Source of the DNA: Podarcis filfolensis
Taxonomy: Eukaryota
Direction: 5' to 3' (one strand)
Length of the DNA: 64,000 nt
NCBI GenBank assembly: GCA_964270895.1
Contig: OZ185435.1
A program made the position numbers and the translations under genes. This document shows, in pieces, positions 62,156-64,000 of the stretch. How positions within the stretch are numbered: position 1 is the first letter of the stretch; the number at the start of each line of letters is the position of its first letter. Under the pieces are notes generated by a model. It did no database searches and was not told where the DNA came from. It was given only the letters and a program-made list of their open reading frames with translations.

Positions 62156-62293
62156 CAGGGGAAGCCTATGTGGTACCCTCCATGTGTTGCTGGACTACAA
62201 TTCCCATTAGCCCCAACCATCATGTCCAGTGGTCAATGGTGATGGGATATGTAGTTCAACAACAGCTGGAAGGCACCATGTTGTCTACCCTTA
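62156..62293. mobile_element. hAT-type MITE (4947 family, old)
   Basis: 138 bp with interior tgttgctggactacaattcccat...gatgggatatgtagttcaacaacagctggaaggcacc. Ends eroded. Confidence 0.65.
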
Positions 62294-64000
62294 CAGTACT
62301 TTCTATCCAGAAACTGCCAAGTAACTGTCAAAAAATAGACAAGTATTATAAATTAGATGAGGTATGCACCTCTGGTTGATTACCCCAGAACCACAGGACT
62401 GTTTTCTTCAATGAAACAGGCACCCCACTTTTATTAAGGACAGAAAAATCTGCTTGTTTCCTTTCAACACAAACCAATCCAGGGCTATGAGGGACTATAA
62501 GGATGGATTTTTCAGAGTCAGTATGATTAGAAAGGCAAGATGAAAATTTTAAATTGAAAATGACCCCAGGAGAGATTGTAATAGAGAACAGAAAGGTGAA
62601 CATTAAAAATTAATCTTCTTACAAAAAGTGAATGCCAAAGTAACTGTTCCTAATACCAGAATGAAAGCTAAGAAACTGAAATGACTCTATGAAATACCAG
62701 CCAGAGACCAATCAATTAAAATTTAAAATCAATAGGGTGGGTGGGAGGGAATACAACACACATTGCTCAGAGTTTACCAAGAAAGAGGAGGAAGTAGAAT
62801 GATGAAACTAAATTTCTGCAACAAAAGTAGGTGTATGATTTAGGACTGTTCTCTGCTTTTATGAATTAGCTGCTATTAAATCAAAATAATTTGATGGCTA
62901 GGGAAGCCTTGCTGGGCTTAAACAGCCTCTATCTGCTGCATGTGAGATCTCAGGTAACCTCACTATCCCTTGCCATAGTCCTCATTTGCCCACATTAAGA
63001 CTGAACAAACCATCATACATAGTTTTCCTATTGGTCTTATAGTGTCCTGCAACTCAAAGGGCTTTATCATGACCCTTAAATATCTGCCAGTGATTCAAAC
63101 CTGTAAGCCATCAAATGCATCTAAATTTTGGTTACCATGCCAGTCCCTCCACGGCTTTTAAAAAGGATGGCACGAGAGCACTCTGGGGAGTAGTCATTTT
63201 CCTATTCTGTCACTTAGGCCAATTAGTACCTTGCCAAAAAAGCTAACTCTGCTCCAGTTAAAATATTAATTGTGGATTCTATATTTTACCTCAACATGTT
63301 ACAATCCAAAATGTTCCAACCAACCCCTGTAGTATGACTCAGAACCCATTTCCCATGGGATAATCCAAACAGAGGAATATTCCCATGTTTAAGATATTTG
63401 ATCCATTTTAATTCACATTCTGTTGTATCCTAAGGATTTGCTGGTTACATATACCAATTTTGAACTTCATATATAAAAAAATTAAAAGTGCATTTGCATC
63501 CTTAAACAATTCACCATTTGAACCATCAGTTCTATAAAGGTCAGGGTGATAGTCAGTAGTCCATCTGTAGGAGCACAGCACACTGCCTTCAATGAAATCA
63601 GCCTGCGCTCCACCACTAAGCAACAACCCTTTGCTTTTCACCCATTCCTCATTCTATCTCCATTTAAACTGGATCATATCACCCATTTAATCACAGCCTT
63701 CAATGATTAATATGCTCATTTTGCTCAGCCTTGATGCTGGGTTCAATTCAAAACTGTAACCTGTTGTAAAAACCTACAGGGTTATCATACTACTTATACC
63801 ATAAAGATTTATAACGATGCCAGAACCAACAGGTGTGCCGAGCATAAACAAATTAATGAAGTAATAGAAGTCTGAGTGCTTTGCTTATGTGATACCCACG
63901 TGATACCCAGCCATTTATCACAACCGTTCCATGTTGCAAAAATTAGTGCAACTACCCCACAAGCCAACTAGAAAACTGTAAAGTTCAAGGAACTATCAGC

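Noticed and set aside
60551-64000. Search for PDIA5 exon 6 here, and for exons 16-17 in 1-5256
   Set aside because: No matching coding sequence found. These exons are presumed outside the window rather than lost.
1-64000. CRISPR arrays, operons, rRNA or other prokaryote-type systems
   Set aside because: The sequence is a spliced vertebrate locus, and I saw no regularly spaced repeat-spacer array.

Overview
Vertebrate genomic DNA, most likely a lacertid-type lizard (inferred from Sauria/Squam1-, Squam2- and Squam3-like SINEs). The whole window lies inside one minus-strand gene, PDIA5 (protein disulfide isomerase A5/PDIR). I located nine consecutive coding exons by hand (7-15 in human numbering, recalled from memory): 60490-60550, 53704-53771, 50202-50293, 50032-50103, 45699-45835, 22714-22784, 21531-21694, 18492-18622, 5257-5327. 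All have GT-AG boundaries, total 867 nt (289 codons) and splice into one open frame carrying the three thioredoxin active sites WCGVC, WCGHC and WCPHC. Exons 1-6 and 16-17 were not found and should lie outside the window. The rest is intron containing SINEs, CR1/L2/RTE-like LINE fragments, hAT- and Tc1/mariner-type MITEs, microsatellites and a 128-N gap. Apart from ORFs that overlap the PDIA5 exons, I found no ORF in the supplied track that looks like a real gene. I see no evidence of a wholly new biological system. The best leads are a tandem duplication of the exon-7 donor whose extra copy has lost its GT, a dense CRE + TCF/LEF + MEIS motif cluster in intron 13, phase-symmetric thioredoxin modules that could be skipped in frame, and a nested MITE pair. 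Repeat family names come from recall, not database searches.
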